Below, piece after piece: positions 13,709 through 22,034 of a stretch of DNA of 32,000 bases; the stretch's first letter is position 1; each line of letters starts with the position of its first letter. Origin of the DNA: Acaryochloris thomasi RCC1774 (lineage in GTDB: Bacteria > Cyanobacteriota > Cyanobacteriia > Thermosynechococcales > Thermosynechococcaceae); the NCBI RefSeq assembly GCF_003231495.1, contig NZ_PQWO01000001.1, forward strand, positions 300,001 through 332,000. Direction: 5' to 3'. Both the position numbers and the translations under genes were made by a program. The notes beneath the pieces were generated by a model. The model was not told the origin of the DNA and searched no databases. It worked only from the letters and a program-made list of their open reading frames with translations.

Positions 13709-16300
13709 ATGACCGATTCCCTACTCAGCAGTAGAATTTTAATCGTGGATGATTCGGAGAGTGATCGGGCGATTTGTCGTCGGTACTTAAAAGCGTCGAG
13801 AACTTGGAATTACGACATCTTGGAATGTGAGTTAGGAGCCGAGGCTCTGGCACTCTGCAAGCAAGAGCAGCCTGATATCGTACTGCTCGACTACCGATTG
13901 CCGGACACCAATGGCCTAAAACTTCTGCAAGATCTGATCGTACAACTAGAGATACCGCCCATTGTGATTGTGCTCACCAGCCAAGAGGATGAAGAAATTG
14001 CTGTAGCAGTCATAAAAAATGGTGCCAAGGATTACCTCATCAAAGGGCAGCTCACGCCAGAAAAACTAGAAAGGTCCATTGCCCGTGCCCTAGCGGAGCA
14101 AACCCTGCAGTCACAGATTCAGCGCCAGCGGCAGCAAAACGCGCTGTTTGCCGATCTGGCCTCGGGTATCAATCGTGCGGTTGAACTCTCACAAATATTG
14201 CAGGCTGCGGTGGATGGCGTTCGTCGATTGCTGAGGTGCGATCGCACCCTTATTTACCAGTTCGAACCCGACATGAGCGGGACCACAGTAGCTGAGTCAG
14301 TCTTACCAGAATGGAGCGCAACCCTCGGCTACCAGCTAGAGGACAATTGCTTCCAGGGGGCCCAAAGCTATCAAGCTGAGAAATATCTGCAGGGCCATAA
14401 GATGGCGATCGCAAACATTGCCGAGAGCCATCTGTCTGTCTGTCATATCAAGATGCTGCAGCGGTTTCAGGTCAAGGCCAGTCTTGTGGTTCCGATTATC
14501 GATACAGCAAACGTAACGGGTACGACCAGGCTGTGGGGATTGCTGATTGCTCACCATTGCCAGACGATACACAACTGGACTGCGGAAGAACTGAATTTGT
14601 TGGGTGAAATCTCGGTGCAGGTTGCGATCGCAACACAGCAGGCCGCACTGACCACAAGCTTGAAGATCAGCCTGGAAAAACAGCAAAAGACAGAACAAGC
14701 GCTGCAGCAAAATCAGACCCAACTGCAGGCGATCTTAGATAACGCCCCGTCGGTGATTTACCTCAAGGAACCGGAAGGGCGTCTTCAGCTCATCAATCAG
14801 GAATTTCAAACGATCTTTGGTCTCTCGGAAGCAGAGGCAATTGGCAAAACCGATGCTGAGCTATTTCCTCCAGAGGTCGCTGCTGAATTCGGGATCAATG
14901 ATCGCCAGGTTGTTGCTTCGGGCCAGCCCCTATTTACAGAAGAGGTTGTTCGGCAGACCGATGATGAATGGCATACCTACCTATCGATTAAGTTTCCGAT
15001 TTTCGACGCTGAGGGGCAGGTCGTTCAGATCGGCGGCATTGCCACCGATATCACTGAGCGCAAGCAAATGGAGCAGGCACTCAGAACCTATCAGGAACGG
15101 ATGCACCGCTTTACGGAGTCCGATTTGATCGGCATTCTTTTTGGCGATACCAAGGGGGGAATTCAGGAGGCCAACGACGAGTTTTTGCGCATTGTCGGCT
15201 ACAGTCGCCAGGAACTCAAAAACAATCAGGTCCGCTGGGATGACCTGACGCCACCGGAGTACCTGCCGCTGGACCAGGCTAGGATCGCCGAAGCGCAGAA
15301 ACGGGGAAGCTGTACACCTTACGAGAAAGAATATGTTCGCAAAGACGGCAGCCGCATTCCGGTCTTGATTGGCTATATCTTGATGGGAGAGACTCGTACC
15401 CAGTCTGCGGCTTTTATTCTCGACATTACCGAGCGCAAACGAGCCGAACGAGAGCTGCAGACCATTAATACAGAACTAGAGCAACGGGTCGAAGATCGGA
15501 CGGCGGAGCTGACGGCATCAAATGCAGACCTGAAAGCAGAAGTGGTGGAACGACTGGGCAGTGAGCGTCAACTGAGGCAGACCGCTGAACAGCTGAGCAC
15601 CTCTAATCGAGCACTACAGGACTTCGCTTATGTGGCCTCCCATGATCTGCAGGAGCCACTGCGTAAAATTCAGGCTTTTGGCGATCGCCTCACAGTGAAG
15701 TATGCTCCACAACTTGGGGACCAAGGACGGGACTACCTGCGGCGGATGCAGAGTGCGGCCCAGCGGATGCAGATCTTAATCGATGATTTGCTCGCTTACT
15801 CCCGCATTAGCACCCGGGTTCAGCCCTTCGAAGCCGTCAATCTTGACGACATTGTGCGCGGCGTGCTCTCGGATCTTGAAGCCCGCCTCGAAAAAACGCA
15901 GGGTCAGGTTCAGGTCAACGCGCTGCCCACACTTGAAGCGGATCCAGTGCAGATGCGACAACTGTTCCAAAATTTGATTGGTAATGCCCTCAAATTCCAT
16001 CAGCCAGGCATCCCGCCTCAGATCGTCGTTTCTCAGTCTGCTGCTGCAGAGCAAGAAGTAGAGCTGCAGATTCAAGACAACGGTATTGGGTTCAACACCA
16101 AATATCTAGACCGCATCTTTACCCCCTTTGAGCGTCTCCACAGTCGGTCTGCTTACGAGGGCACCGGCATGGGACTGGCGATCTGTCGTAAAATCGTTGA
16201 GCGCCATGGCGGTCAGCTCACTGCGATCAGCGCTGATGGCGAAGGTGCAACGTTCATCATTACCCTGCCCTATACCCAGCCCCACGATCATGAGCAGTAG
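13709..16300 (+). CDS. Hybrid sensor histidine kinase: REC, GAF (candidate DXCF-class cyanobacteriochrome), PAS, PAS, HisKA, HATPase_c
   Basis: 863 aa. REC: ILIVDDSESD...VLLDYRLPDTNG...VLTSQ...DYLIKG. GAF: DRTLIYQF...VAESV...LEDNCF...YLQGHKMAIANI...SVCHIKMLQRFQVKASLVVPI...LWGLLIAHHC. Two PAS domains each end in DITERK. The H-box is FAYVASHDLQEPLRKI (His codon 15641-15643). HATPase motifs: DNGIGF and GTGMGLAICRKIVERHGG. Confidence 0.95.
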   Translation: MTDSLLSSRILIVDDSESDRAICRRYLKASRTWNYDILECELGAEALALCKQEQPDIVLLDYRLPDTNGLKLLQDLIVQLEIPPIVIVLTSQEDEEIAVAVIKNGAKDYLIKGQLTPEKLERSIARALAEQTLQSQIQRQRQQNALFADLASGINRAVELSQILQAAVDGVRRLLRCDRTLIYQFEPDMSGTTVAESVLPEWSATLGYQLEDNCFQGAQSYQAEKYLQGHKMAIANIAESHLSVCHIKMLQRFQVKASLVVPIIDTANVTGTTRLWGLLIAHHCQTIHNWTAEELNLLGEISVQVAIATQQAALTTSLKISLEKQQKTEQALQQNQTQLQAILDNAPSVIYLKEPEGRLQLINQEFQTIFGLSEAEAIGKTDAELFPPEVAAEFGINDRQVVASGQPLFTEEVVRQTDDEWHTYLSIKFPIFDAEGQVVQIGGIATDITERKQMEQALRTYQERMHRFTESDLIGILFGDTKGGIQEANDEFLRIVGYSRQELKNNQVRWDDLTPPEYLPLDQARIAEAQKRGSCTPYEKEYVRKDGSRIPVLIGYILMGETRTQSAAFILDITERKRAERELQTINTELEQRVEDRTAELTASNADLKAEVVERLGSERQLRQTAEQLSTSNRALQDFAYVASHDLQEPLRKIQAFGDRLTVKYAPQLGDQGRDYLRRMQSAAQRMQILIDDLLAYSRISTRVQPFEAVNLDDIVRGVLSDLEARLEKTQGQVQVNALPTLEADPVQMRQLFQNLIGNALKFHQPGIPPQIVVSQSAAAEQEVELQIQDNGIGFNTKYLDRIFTPFERLHSRSAYEGTGMGLAICRKIVERHGGQLTAISADGEGATFIITLPYTQPHDHEQ
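14185..14650 (+). other. GAF domain carrying both cyanobacteriochrome cysteine motifs: DXCF (DNCF, Cys214, codon 14348-14350) and the canonical CH (Cys245-His246, 14441-14446)
   Basis: DNCF is encoded at 14342-14353 and VCH at 14438-14446. The two Cys are 31 residues apart. The surrounding context, [S]VCH...L..FQVKA.LVVPI followed by WGLL.AHHC, matches bilin-binding CBCR GAFs. Confidence 0.65.
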
Positions 16301-16751
16301 TCCACAAAGCCAATCTGTTCCCATTCTGATGGCAGAGGATGACGAGGACGATCGCCTCCTCACCCAAGAAGCATTCGTTGAAAGCAGTCTAATCAACCCG
16401 CTACACTTCGTTGAAGATGGCGAAGAACTTCTTGACTACCTGCACCAGCGAGGCCGCTATACCGACGCGACCCAATCTCCGCGTCCGGGGCTGATCTTGT
16501 TAGACTTAAACATGCCCAAGAAAGATGGTCGTGAGGCGCTAATCGAGATCAAGGCAGATAAGAGTTTGCGACACATCCCGGTGGTGGTAATGACCACTTC
16601 GAAAGCAGAAGAGGACGTAGTGCGCTCCTATTCGTTGGGCGTGAGTTCATTCATCATCAAGCCGATCACTTTTGAGCAACTTGTTGAAGTGATTCAGGGG
16701 CTGGGTCGCTACTGGTTTGAGATTGTAACCCTACCGTCGGGAGAAAGCTGA
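16290..16751 (+). CDS. Single-domain response regulator (CheY-like, phytochrome-associated Rcp1-like family)
   Basis: The ORF track gives 16128..16751. The real start is probably ATG 16290 (MSSSPQSQSVPILMAEDDEDD), which overlaps the upstream kinase stop (16298-16300) by 11 nt. The segment PRPGLILLDLNMPKKDGREALIEIK...IPVVVMTTS...SFIIKP...YWFEIVTLP closely resembles Rcp1-type regulators. Confidence 0.9.
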   Translation: MSSSPQSQSVPILMAEDDEDDRLLTQEAFVESSLINPLHFVEDGEELLDYLHQRGRYTDATQSPRPGLILLDLNMPKKDGREALIEIKADKSLRHIPVVVMTTSKAEEDVVRSYSLGVSSFIIKPITFEQLVEVIQGLGRYWFEIVTLPSGES

Positions 16752-16755
16752 CAAT

Positions 16756-17970
16756 ATGGTGGATCAGGCTATTCAGGTACTGCTGGTTGAAGATGACGAA
16801 GATGATTATTTGTTAATTCGTGATTTGCTCTCTGAAGTGCCAGAACAGCGGTTCCAGCTTGACTGGGTAAAGACATTTTCCGAGGCCGCCGATCAGATTC
16901 AGCGACAGCCCTACAGCGTTTATCTGGTGGACTATCGGCTGGGTGAACAAAACGGCCTGGAACTGATGGCGTTGGTCAATCAGCAGGATGCTCCGGCCCC
17001 GGAGATTATTCTCAGCGGTCAGGGCGATCGCAACTTAGATATTACCGCTCTCAAATCTGGCGCTGCCGACTACTTAGATAAAGCAGACCTACAGGCATCA
17101 CTGCTAGAGCATTACATTCGAGCCTCCATTGAACGGAATCGCGCTCAACTGGCGCTGCAGGAGAGCGAAAAAAGATATCGGGACCTCTATCAGCAGGAGA
17201 AATTACTGCGCAGTGAGCTTGCACGAGCCAACACGGAGCTAAAGGATTTTGCCCATACGGCCTCCCATGATTTGCAGGAACCCCTGCGGGCGGTCTCTGG
17301 ACATATTTCACTCCTGCAGGACAAGCTGTTCGACGATCGCTCTGTTTTGACGCAGGATGCTGAGGTTCAAGAGTATTTCGGCTTCATCGCTGCCGGGACG
17401 CGGCGGATGCAGACGCTGGTTCACGATCTGCTGGTCTATTCTCGGGTCGGGACGCGGGATCTGGTGCTCAAAGACGTAGACTGTGGCGAAAGCGTGGAAG
17501 ATGCGATCGCAAACCTCCACATCGCCATTACTGAAGCTAAAGCCGAGATTATTTACGATGATTTGCCTCATTTGCGGGCCGACGCCACTCAGATGATGCA
17601 GTTGTTTCAAAATCTAATCAGCAACGCCATCAAGTTTCGGCATCCTGACACCCCACCCCACATCACAATTCAGGCAGACCCCATTCCGGCCGCGCAGTGG
17701 CGCTTTAGCATCACCGATAACGGCATTGGCATTGACCTTGAAGAGTGCGATCGCATCTTTAAAATTTTTAAGCGGCTACATACGCAGCAAGAGTTCGCCG
17801 GTACCGGCATGGGTCTGACCGTCTGCGAAAAAATCGTAGATCGACACGGCGGCAAAATTTGGGCCGAGTCTCAGCCAGGGGCAGGAGCGACCTTTTGGTT
17901 CATTTTGCCGCAGAATCCCCCAGAGCGAATTGACCCCCCGTTGCCCAACCCACCGACGTTAGATGCGTGA
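16756..17970 (+). CDS. REC-HisKA-HATPase_c hybrid histidine kinase (the receiver is the only input domain)
   Basis: 404 aa, starting 4 nt after the preceding stop. REC: VLLVEDDEDD...VYLVDYRLGEQNG...ILSGQ...DYLDK. A coiled-coil linker follows. H-box: FAHTASHDLQEPLRAV. HATPase: TDNGIGI...GTGMGLTVCEKIVDRHGG. Confidence 0.95.
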   Translation: MVDQAIQVLLVEDDEDDYLLIRDLLSEVPEQRFQLDWVKTFSEAADQIQRQPYSVYLVDYRLGEQNGLELMALVNQQDAPAPEIILSGQGDRNLDITALKSGAADYLDKADLQASLLEHYIRASIERNRAQLALQESEKRYRDLYQQEKLLRSELARANTELKDFAHTASHDLQEPLRAVSGHISLLQDKLFDDRSVLTQDAEVQEYFGFIAAGTRRMQTLVHDLLVYSRVGTRDLVLKDVDCGESVEDAIANLHIAITEAKAEIIYDDLPHLRADATQMMQLFQNLISNAIKFRHPDTPPHITIQADPIPAAQWRFSITDNGIGIDLEECDRIFKIFKRLHTQQEFAGTGMGLTVCEKIVDRHGGKIWAESQPGAGATFWFILPQNPPERIDPPLPNPPTLDA

Positions 17971-18204
17971 TGCCTTCGGAGCACGAGTTGTGCAAGAGAT
18001 CCGCTTTTAATAGGAGGTCTCCTTTGTTAAAGCCACAGCAACTGGCGTTAGCCCAATTGCTGCAAAAAGGTGTTTGTGAGTTGCGCTCCTTTTGAGGCAT
18101 GATCCGCTTCGACAACCTAACCAGCCGGAGAAATCCTGCAAACTTCTAGCGATCGCTGGGCAATAGGCAGGACAGCCTGCACAGAATTTTATCGGGGACG
18201 AACT

Positions 18205-18233
18205 TTGACGCAAGTATATATCTCTAATACTAT
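18205..18233 (+). promoter_or_regulatory. Candidate sigma-70-type promoter (TTGACG, 17-nt spacer, TACTAT) upstream of the third kinase gene
   Basis: TTGACG at 18205-18210 and TACTAT at 18228-18233, with an exact 17-nt spacer. It lies in the 338-nt gap that interrupts the kinase cluster, about 75 nt upstream of ATG 18309. This is a motif match only. Confidence 0.3.
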
Positions 18234-18308
18234 CTTTACAATTCTGTAATATTGTTAAGATGGGCTTGATATGCCTGTCGAAAACGATCGCATCCGAGTG
18301 ATGAATCT

Positions 18309-19424
18309 ATGCCAGCCCTCTCAATCTTGGTCGTTGAAGACAGTCCTAGCGACACAAATCTACTGCGCCAAATTTTTATCCGCACAGGGCGGGTAGACTG
18401 GTCCCTGACGACGGCAGAACGTCTTAGCGAAGGTCTTGAAATTGCTCAGCAGTCTTACTTTGACGTCGTCTTGCTCGATCTTTCTCTGCCTGACTCTGAG
18501 GGACTAGAGACGGTCAGTACCTTTGTCGAGAGGGTACCCAAGCTCCCCATCGTGGTGCTCACCATTGCCGATGACGAACAACTGGCGCTCGATGCCATCC
18601 ACCAAGGCGCACAGGATTATCTGGTTAAAGGCGAAATTACCTCAGCGCTTCTGGTGCGGGCCATCCAGCACGGTATTGAGCGAGAACGACTGGTGCGCCA
18701 ACTACGGGAAGCCAACGCAGAACTGGCTTCGTTTAGCTACTCAGTGGCCCACGACTTGAGATCGCCCCTGCGGGCCATCGAAGGCATCAGTCAGGCGCTC
18801 AAAGAAGACTATGCCGATGTCTTAGACGAGCGGGGGATCGACTACACCGATCGGATTATCGATAGCACCACTCGACTCTCTCGCCTCATTGAAGATTTGT
18901 TGACCTATAGCGGCCTCGGGAAAGCGGAGCTATCGGTGGGTACGGTGGATTTAAATGTTGCGATCGCAGATGCCCTAACGCTAATTGAGACAGACATTGA
19001 GCAGCAGCAAGCCGAGATTAAAGTCGAGCCATCCCTGCCCTCTGTGAAGGGGAACCAACAGACGCTAGTGCAGGTGATCAGCAACCTGCTCTCTAACGCC
19101 ATTAAGTTTGTTCCCAAAGCCACCCAGCCCCATATTTACCTCCACGCAGAGCAAGTCGACTCACCCCCGCAGCGCTCCCAGTCCAGTCGTGATACCTGGG
19201 TCCGACTTTGGATAGAAGACAACGGTATCGGCATCGCCCCTCAACACCAGGAGCGAATTTTTGGCGTATTTGAGCGCCTCCACGGTCAAGAAAGCTATGC
19301 AGGCACCGGCATTGGTCTCGCCATTGTCAAAAAATGTATTGAGCATTTAGGCGGTAGAGCGGCCGTCGAATCCCAGCTCGGTCAGGGCAGTCAGTTTTGG
19401 ATTGAGCTACCAAAATCTCAGTAG
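18309..19424 (+). CDS. REC-HisKA-HATPase_c hybrid histidine kinase
   Basis: 371 aa. REC: ILVVEDSPSD...VVLLDLSLPDSEG...VVLTIADD...DYLVKG. H-box: FSYSVAHDLRSPLRAI. HATPase: EDNGIGI...GTGIGLAIVKKCIEHLGG. Confidence 0.95.
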   Translation: MPALSILVVEDSPSDTNLLRQIFIRTGRVDWSLTTAERLSEGLEIAQQSYFDVVLLDLSLPDSEGLETVSTFVERVPKLPIVVLTIADDEQLALDAIHQGAQDYLVKGEITSALLVRAIQHGIERERLVRQLREANAELASFSYSVAHDLRSPLRAIEGISQALKEDYADVLDERGIDYTDRIIDSTTRLSRLIEDLLTYSGLGKAELSVGTVDLNVAIADALTLIETDIEQQQAEIKVEPSLPSVKGNQQTLVQVISNLLSNAIKFVPKATQPHIYLHAEQVDSPPQRSQSSRDTWVRLWIEDNGIGIAPQHQERIFGVFERLHGQESYAGTGIGLAIVKKCIEHLGGRAAVESQLGQGSQFWIELPKSQ

Positions 19425-19487
19425 AGAAATCCGGCACAAATTAGTCCAGACAACCGCAACGCTCATCCAATACCTCTCTTAACAAAG

Positions 19488-19496
19488 TGTTACAAT
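19488..19496 (+). promoter_or_regulatory. Candidate extended -10 element (TGtTACAAT) upstream of the second single-domain response regulator
   Basis: tgttacaat at 19488-19496, about 105 nt upstream of ATG 19601. I found no convincing -35. This is a motif match only. Confidence 0.2.
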
Positions 19497-19600
19497 CTAG
19501 AAAACATTAGAAACAGCGCTTAGAGGTATCGTCCTCTGCTGTGCGGTGATTAACCAATTACTTGCTCGGTCTTACTCTCTTTCTAGGAATTTAAAGTCTT

Positions 19601-20056
19601 ATGAGTCAGCATCGCCCTACCGTTTTACTGGTCGAAGATGATGCAAATGATGTTCTGCTGCTGCGGCGTGCCCTTGCGAAAGCTCAGCTCGGTTCAGTTG
19701 ATTTAAAGACAGTGAGTGACGGAGATGCGGCGATTGCCTATCTCTCTCAGCAGGCACCTTACAACGATCAGGACAAACACCCGCTGCCCACCCTGCTATT
19801 GCTTGATATTAAGCTGCCCTGCCGTTCAGGGCTAGAGGTGCTTGAATGGATTCGACAGCAGCCTCAGCTCAAGCGTCTGCTGGTGATCATTCTGACAGGG
19901 TCCAAGGAGCAACCCGACCTTGAAAAAGCCTATGATCTGGGCGTAAACTCATACTTAGTGAAGCCTGGCATTTTTGCGGACCTCGTCGACCTAATGAAGA
20001 CCCTCCATAATTACTGGCTCAGTCTCAACGAGCATCCTCAGTTGTCCTTGACTTAA
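19601..20056 (+). CDS. Single-domain response regulator (phytochrome-associated type)
   Basis: 151 aa. The sequence TVLLVEDDANDVLLLRRAL...PLPTLLLLDIKLPCRSGLEVLEWIR...VIILTGS...NSYLVKP...YWLSLN has all phospho-acceptor pocket residues present. Confidence 0.9.
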   Translation: MSQHRPTVLLVEDDANDVLLLRRALAKAQLGSVDLKTVSDGDAAIAYLSQQAPYNDQDKHPLPTLLLLDIKLPCRSGLEVLEWIRQQPQLKRLLVIILTGSKEQPDLEKAYDLGVNSYLVKPGIFADLVDLMKTLHNYWLSLNEHPQLSLT

Positions 20057-20078
20057 TCTCTCTATCTCAGACAGCAGT

Positions 20079-22010
20079 ATGGCCCCAGTGCGGTTGCTTT
20101 TAATTGATGATAGCCCCAACGACCGCCTACTGGCTGTCCGGCAGCTAAAGCAAGAGTTCTCAGAGCTACAGCCATTAGAAGTCTGCGATGCAGAGGGGCT
20201 GACCCAAGCGCTGAACGAAAACCGCTTTGACATCGTGATTACCGACTATCAACTGCGCTGGACCACGGGACTTGACGTTCTCGAAGAAATCAAGCAGCGC
20301 CGTCCAGACTGTCCGGTCGTGATGTTCACCGGGACAGGCTCGGAAGAGATTGCCGTCACCGCCATGAAGGCGGGCCTAGACGACTACGTGGTTAAGTCGC
20401 CCCAGCACTACGTGCGGCTAGCTAAAGCCACTCAGATCGCTTGGGAGCGCACCCAACAGCAGCAGGCCCTCAAGGAGGCTGAAGAGCGTTATCAGCGTTT
20501 ATTTGAAGAAGTCCCCATTGGTTTATATCGACTCACCCGAGAGGGGAAGCTATTAGACGCCAACCGCCGCTTCCTAGAAATACTAGGTTACGAGAGCAAA
20601 GATGAGGTTTTAGCCACAGACGTCGTCAATGATTGCATTGCAACGGCGGCAAGCGGTCTGTGGACGGCTCAACTCGATGTCACAGACGCAACCCAGAGCG
20701 TTTCGACTCATCTCCGTCACCGCAGCGGAGATGAAATTTGGGTTCGCCACTACGTCCGTTTAGTTCGCAATCCGCAGGGGAACACACAGTATTACGAAGG
20801 CGCGATTGAAGATATTACGGCCTACCGTCGTACTGAATTAGAGCGTAATCAGCTTCTGATCAGCGAACGTAAGGCCCGTGCCGAGGCCGAAACGGCAAAC
20901 CGGGTTAAGGACGAATTTTTAGCCACGGTTTCCCATGAGCTACGCACCCCCCTCAATGCCATGCTGGGCTGGGTGCAGCTTTTACGGGGCGGCCAATTGA
21001 GTGAGGAGAAGTCTGCAAAAGCAATCGAGATTATTGAGCGCAATGCGATCGCACAAAATCAGCTAATCGACGACCTGCTGGATGTCTCTCGGATCATTCG
21101 CGGCAAACTCAAGCTGAAAGTGAAGGCTATTCCACTGCGAAACATTGTCAATGCCGCCTTAGATACGGTCCGTCACGCCGTTGAAAATAAGCAGATTCAG
21201 CTAGAAACCGACTTCGCTCCCTCCGTCACCTTAGTCAATGGCGATCAGGAGCGCCTGCAGCAGGTGTTCTGGAACCTACTCACCAATGCGGTGAAGTTCA
21301 CGCCAGAAGGGGGCAAAATTACGATCCGTGTTGAGAGTAAGCCAAATTGTGCTCAGGTTCAGATCGTTGACACTGGCCAAGGCATTGAGCCAGGGCACCT
21401 GCCCTATATGTTTGAACGCTTCCGGCAGGCCGATGAGTCCTCGACACGCCAAAAGGGGGGATTGGGGCTGGGATTAGCAATTGTCCGCCACTTGGTCGAG
21501 CTGCACGGTGGTGTTGTCACAGCAGAGAGTGCTGGAACCGGTCAAGGCTCTACCTTTATGGTTCAGCTACCGCTGTTCGATACCGTTCAGCCCCTAGCCC
21601 AAATTTCTTTGCCGGCCGATCAGTCTCTTCCTTCTTTAAAGAACCTGCAGCTCTTGGTGGTGGAAGACGAAGACGATGCCCGTGAGATGCTGACGCTGTT
21701 GCTAGAGCAATGTGGCGCTCAGATTTCAGCCGTGGGTTCAGTCTCAGCAGCGATGGCGCATTTGGCGCATCACACCCCGCACCTCATTATTTCTGACATC
21801 GCTATGCCGGTCGAAGATGGCTACACGCTGATCCGGCAGTTGCGAGCGGAGGGCAGACAGATAGTTGCAATCGCATTAACGGCCTACGCCAGAGAACAGG
21901 ACAAAACGGCAGCCCTCCAGGCAGGTTTTAATCATCATCTACCTAAGCCTGTGGACCCAAACCAGCTTGTTCAGCTGATCGCCAATCTTCGGCAGGCGGG
22001 AGAGATTTGA
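20079..22010 (+). CDS. Hybrid histidine kinase: REC, PAS, HisKA, HATPase_c, REC
   Basis: 643 aa, starting 22 nt after the upstream response regulator. N-terminal REC: LLLIDDSPND...IVITDYQLRW...MFTGTGS...DYVVKS. The PAS domain ends in EDITAYRR. H-box: FLATVSHELRTPLNAM. HATPase: VDTGQGI...GGLGLGLAIVRHLVELHGG. C-terminal REC: LLVVEDEDDA...LIISDIAMPVEDG...ALTAYA...HLPKP. Confidence 0.95.
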   Translation: MAPVRLLLIDDSPNDRLLAVRQLKQEFSELQPLEVCDAEGLTQALNENRFDIVITDYQLRWTTGLDVLEEIKQRRPDCPVVMFTGTGSEEIAVTAMKAGLDDYVVKSPQHYVRLAKATQIAWERTQQQQALKEAEERYQRLFEEVPIGLYRLTREGKLLDANRRFLEILGYESKDEVLATDVVNDCIATAASGLWTAQLDVTDATQSVSTHLRHRSGDEIWVRHYVRLVRNPQGNTQYYEGAIEDITAYRRTELERNQLLISERKARAEAETANRVKDEFLATVSHELRTPLNAMLGWVQLLRGGQLSEEKSAKAIEIIERNAIAQNQLIDDLLDVSRIIRGKLKLKVKAIPLRNIVNAALDTVRHAVENKQIQLETDFAPSVTLVNGDQERLQQVFWNLLTNAVKFTPEGGKITIRVESKPNCAQVQIVDTGQGIEPGHLPYMFERFRQADESSTRQKGGLGLGLAIVRHLVELHGGVVTAESAGTGQGSTFMVQLPLFDTVQPLAQISLPADQSLPSLKNLQLLVVEDEDDAREMLTLLLEQCGAQISAVGSVSAAMAHLAHHTPHLIISDIAMPVEDGYTLIRQLRAEGRQIVAIALTAYAREQDKTAALQAGFNHHLPKPVDPNQLVQLIANLRQAGEI

Positions 22011-22034
22011 AGGGAGCGTCTCCCAACATCTAAC

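Noticed and set aside
16128-16289. The long version of the response-regulator ORF starting at 16128
   Set aside because: The extra 54 residues are translated from the alternative frame of the kinase HATPase domain and have no receiver homology. ATG 16290 gives a canonical N-terminus.
18012-18095. A perfect AGGAGG (18012-18017) followed by a TTG-initiated 23-codon ORF (MLKPQQLALAQLLQKGVCELRSF)
   Set aside because: The ORF is very short and starts at TTG. The AGGAGG is also half of a small hairpin (aggag-gt-ctcct) that may simply be a weak terminator after the kinase. It cannot be supported without conservation or Ribo-seq data.
17900-18213. Minus-strand ORFs of 71 and 68 aa in and near the 338-nt gap after the second kinase
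   Set aside because: They are Cys/Ser-rich with no motifs. One overlaps the kinase 3' end, and both run against the direction of all flanking genes.
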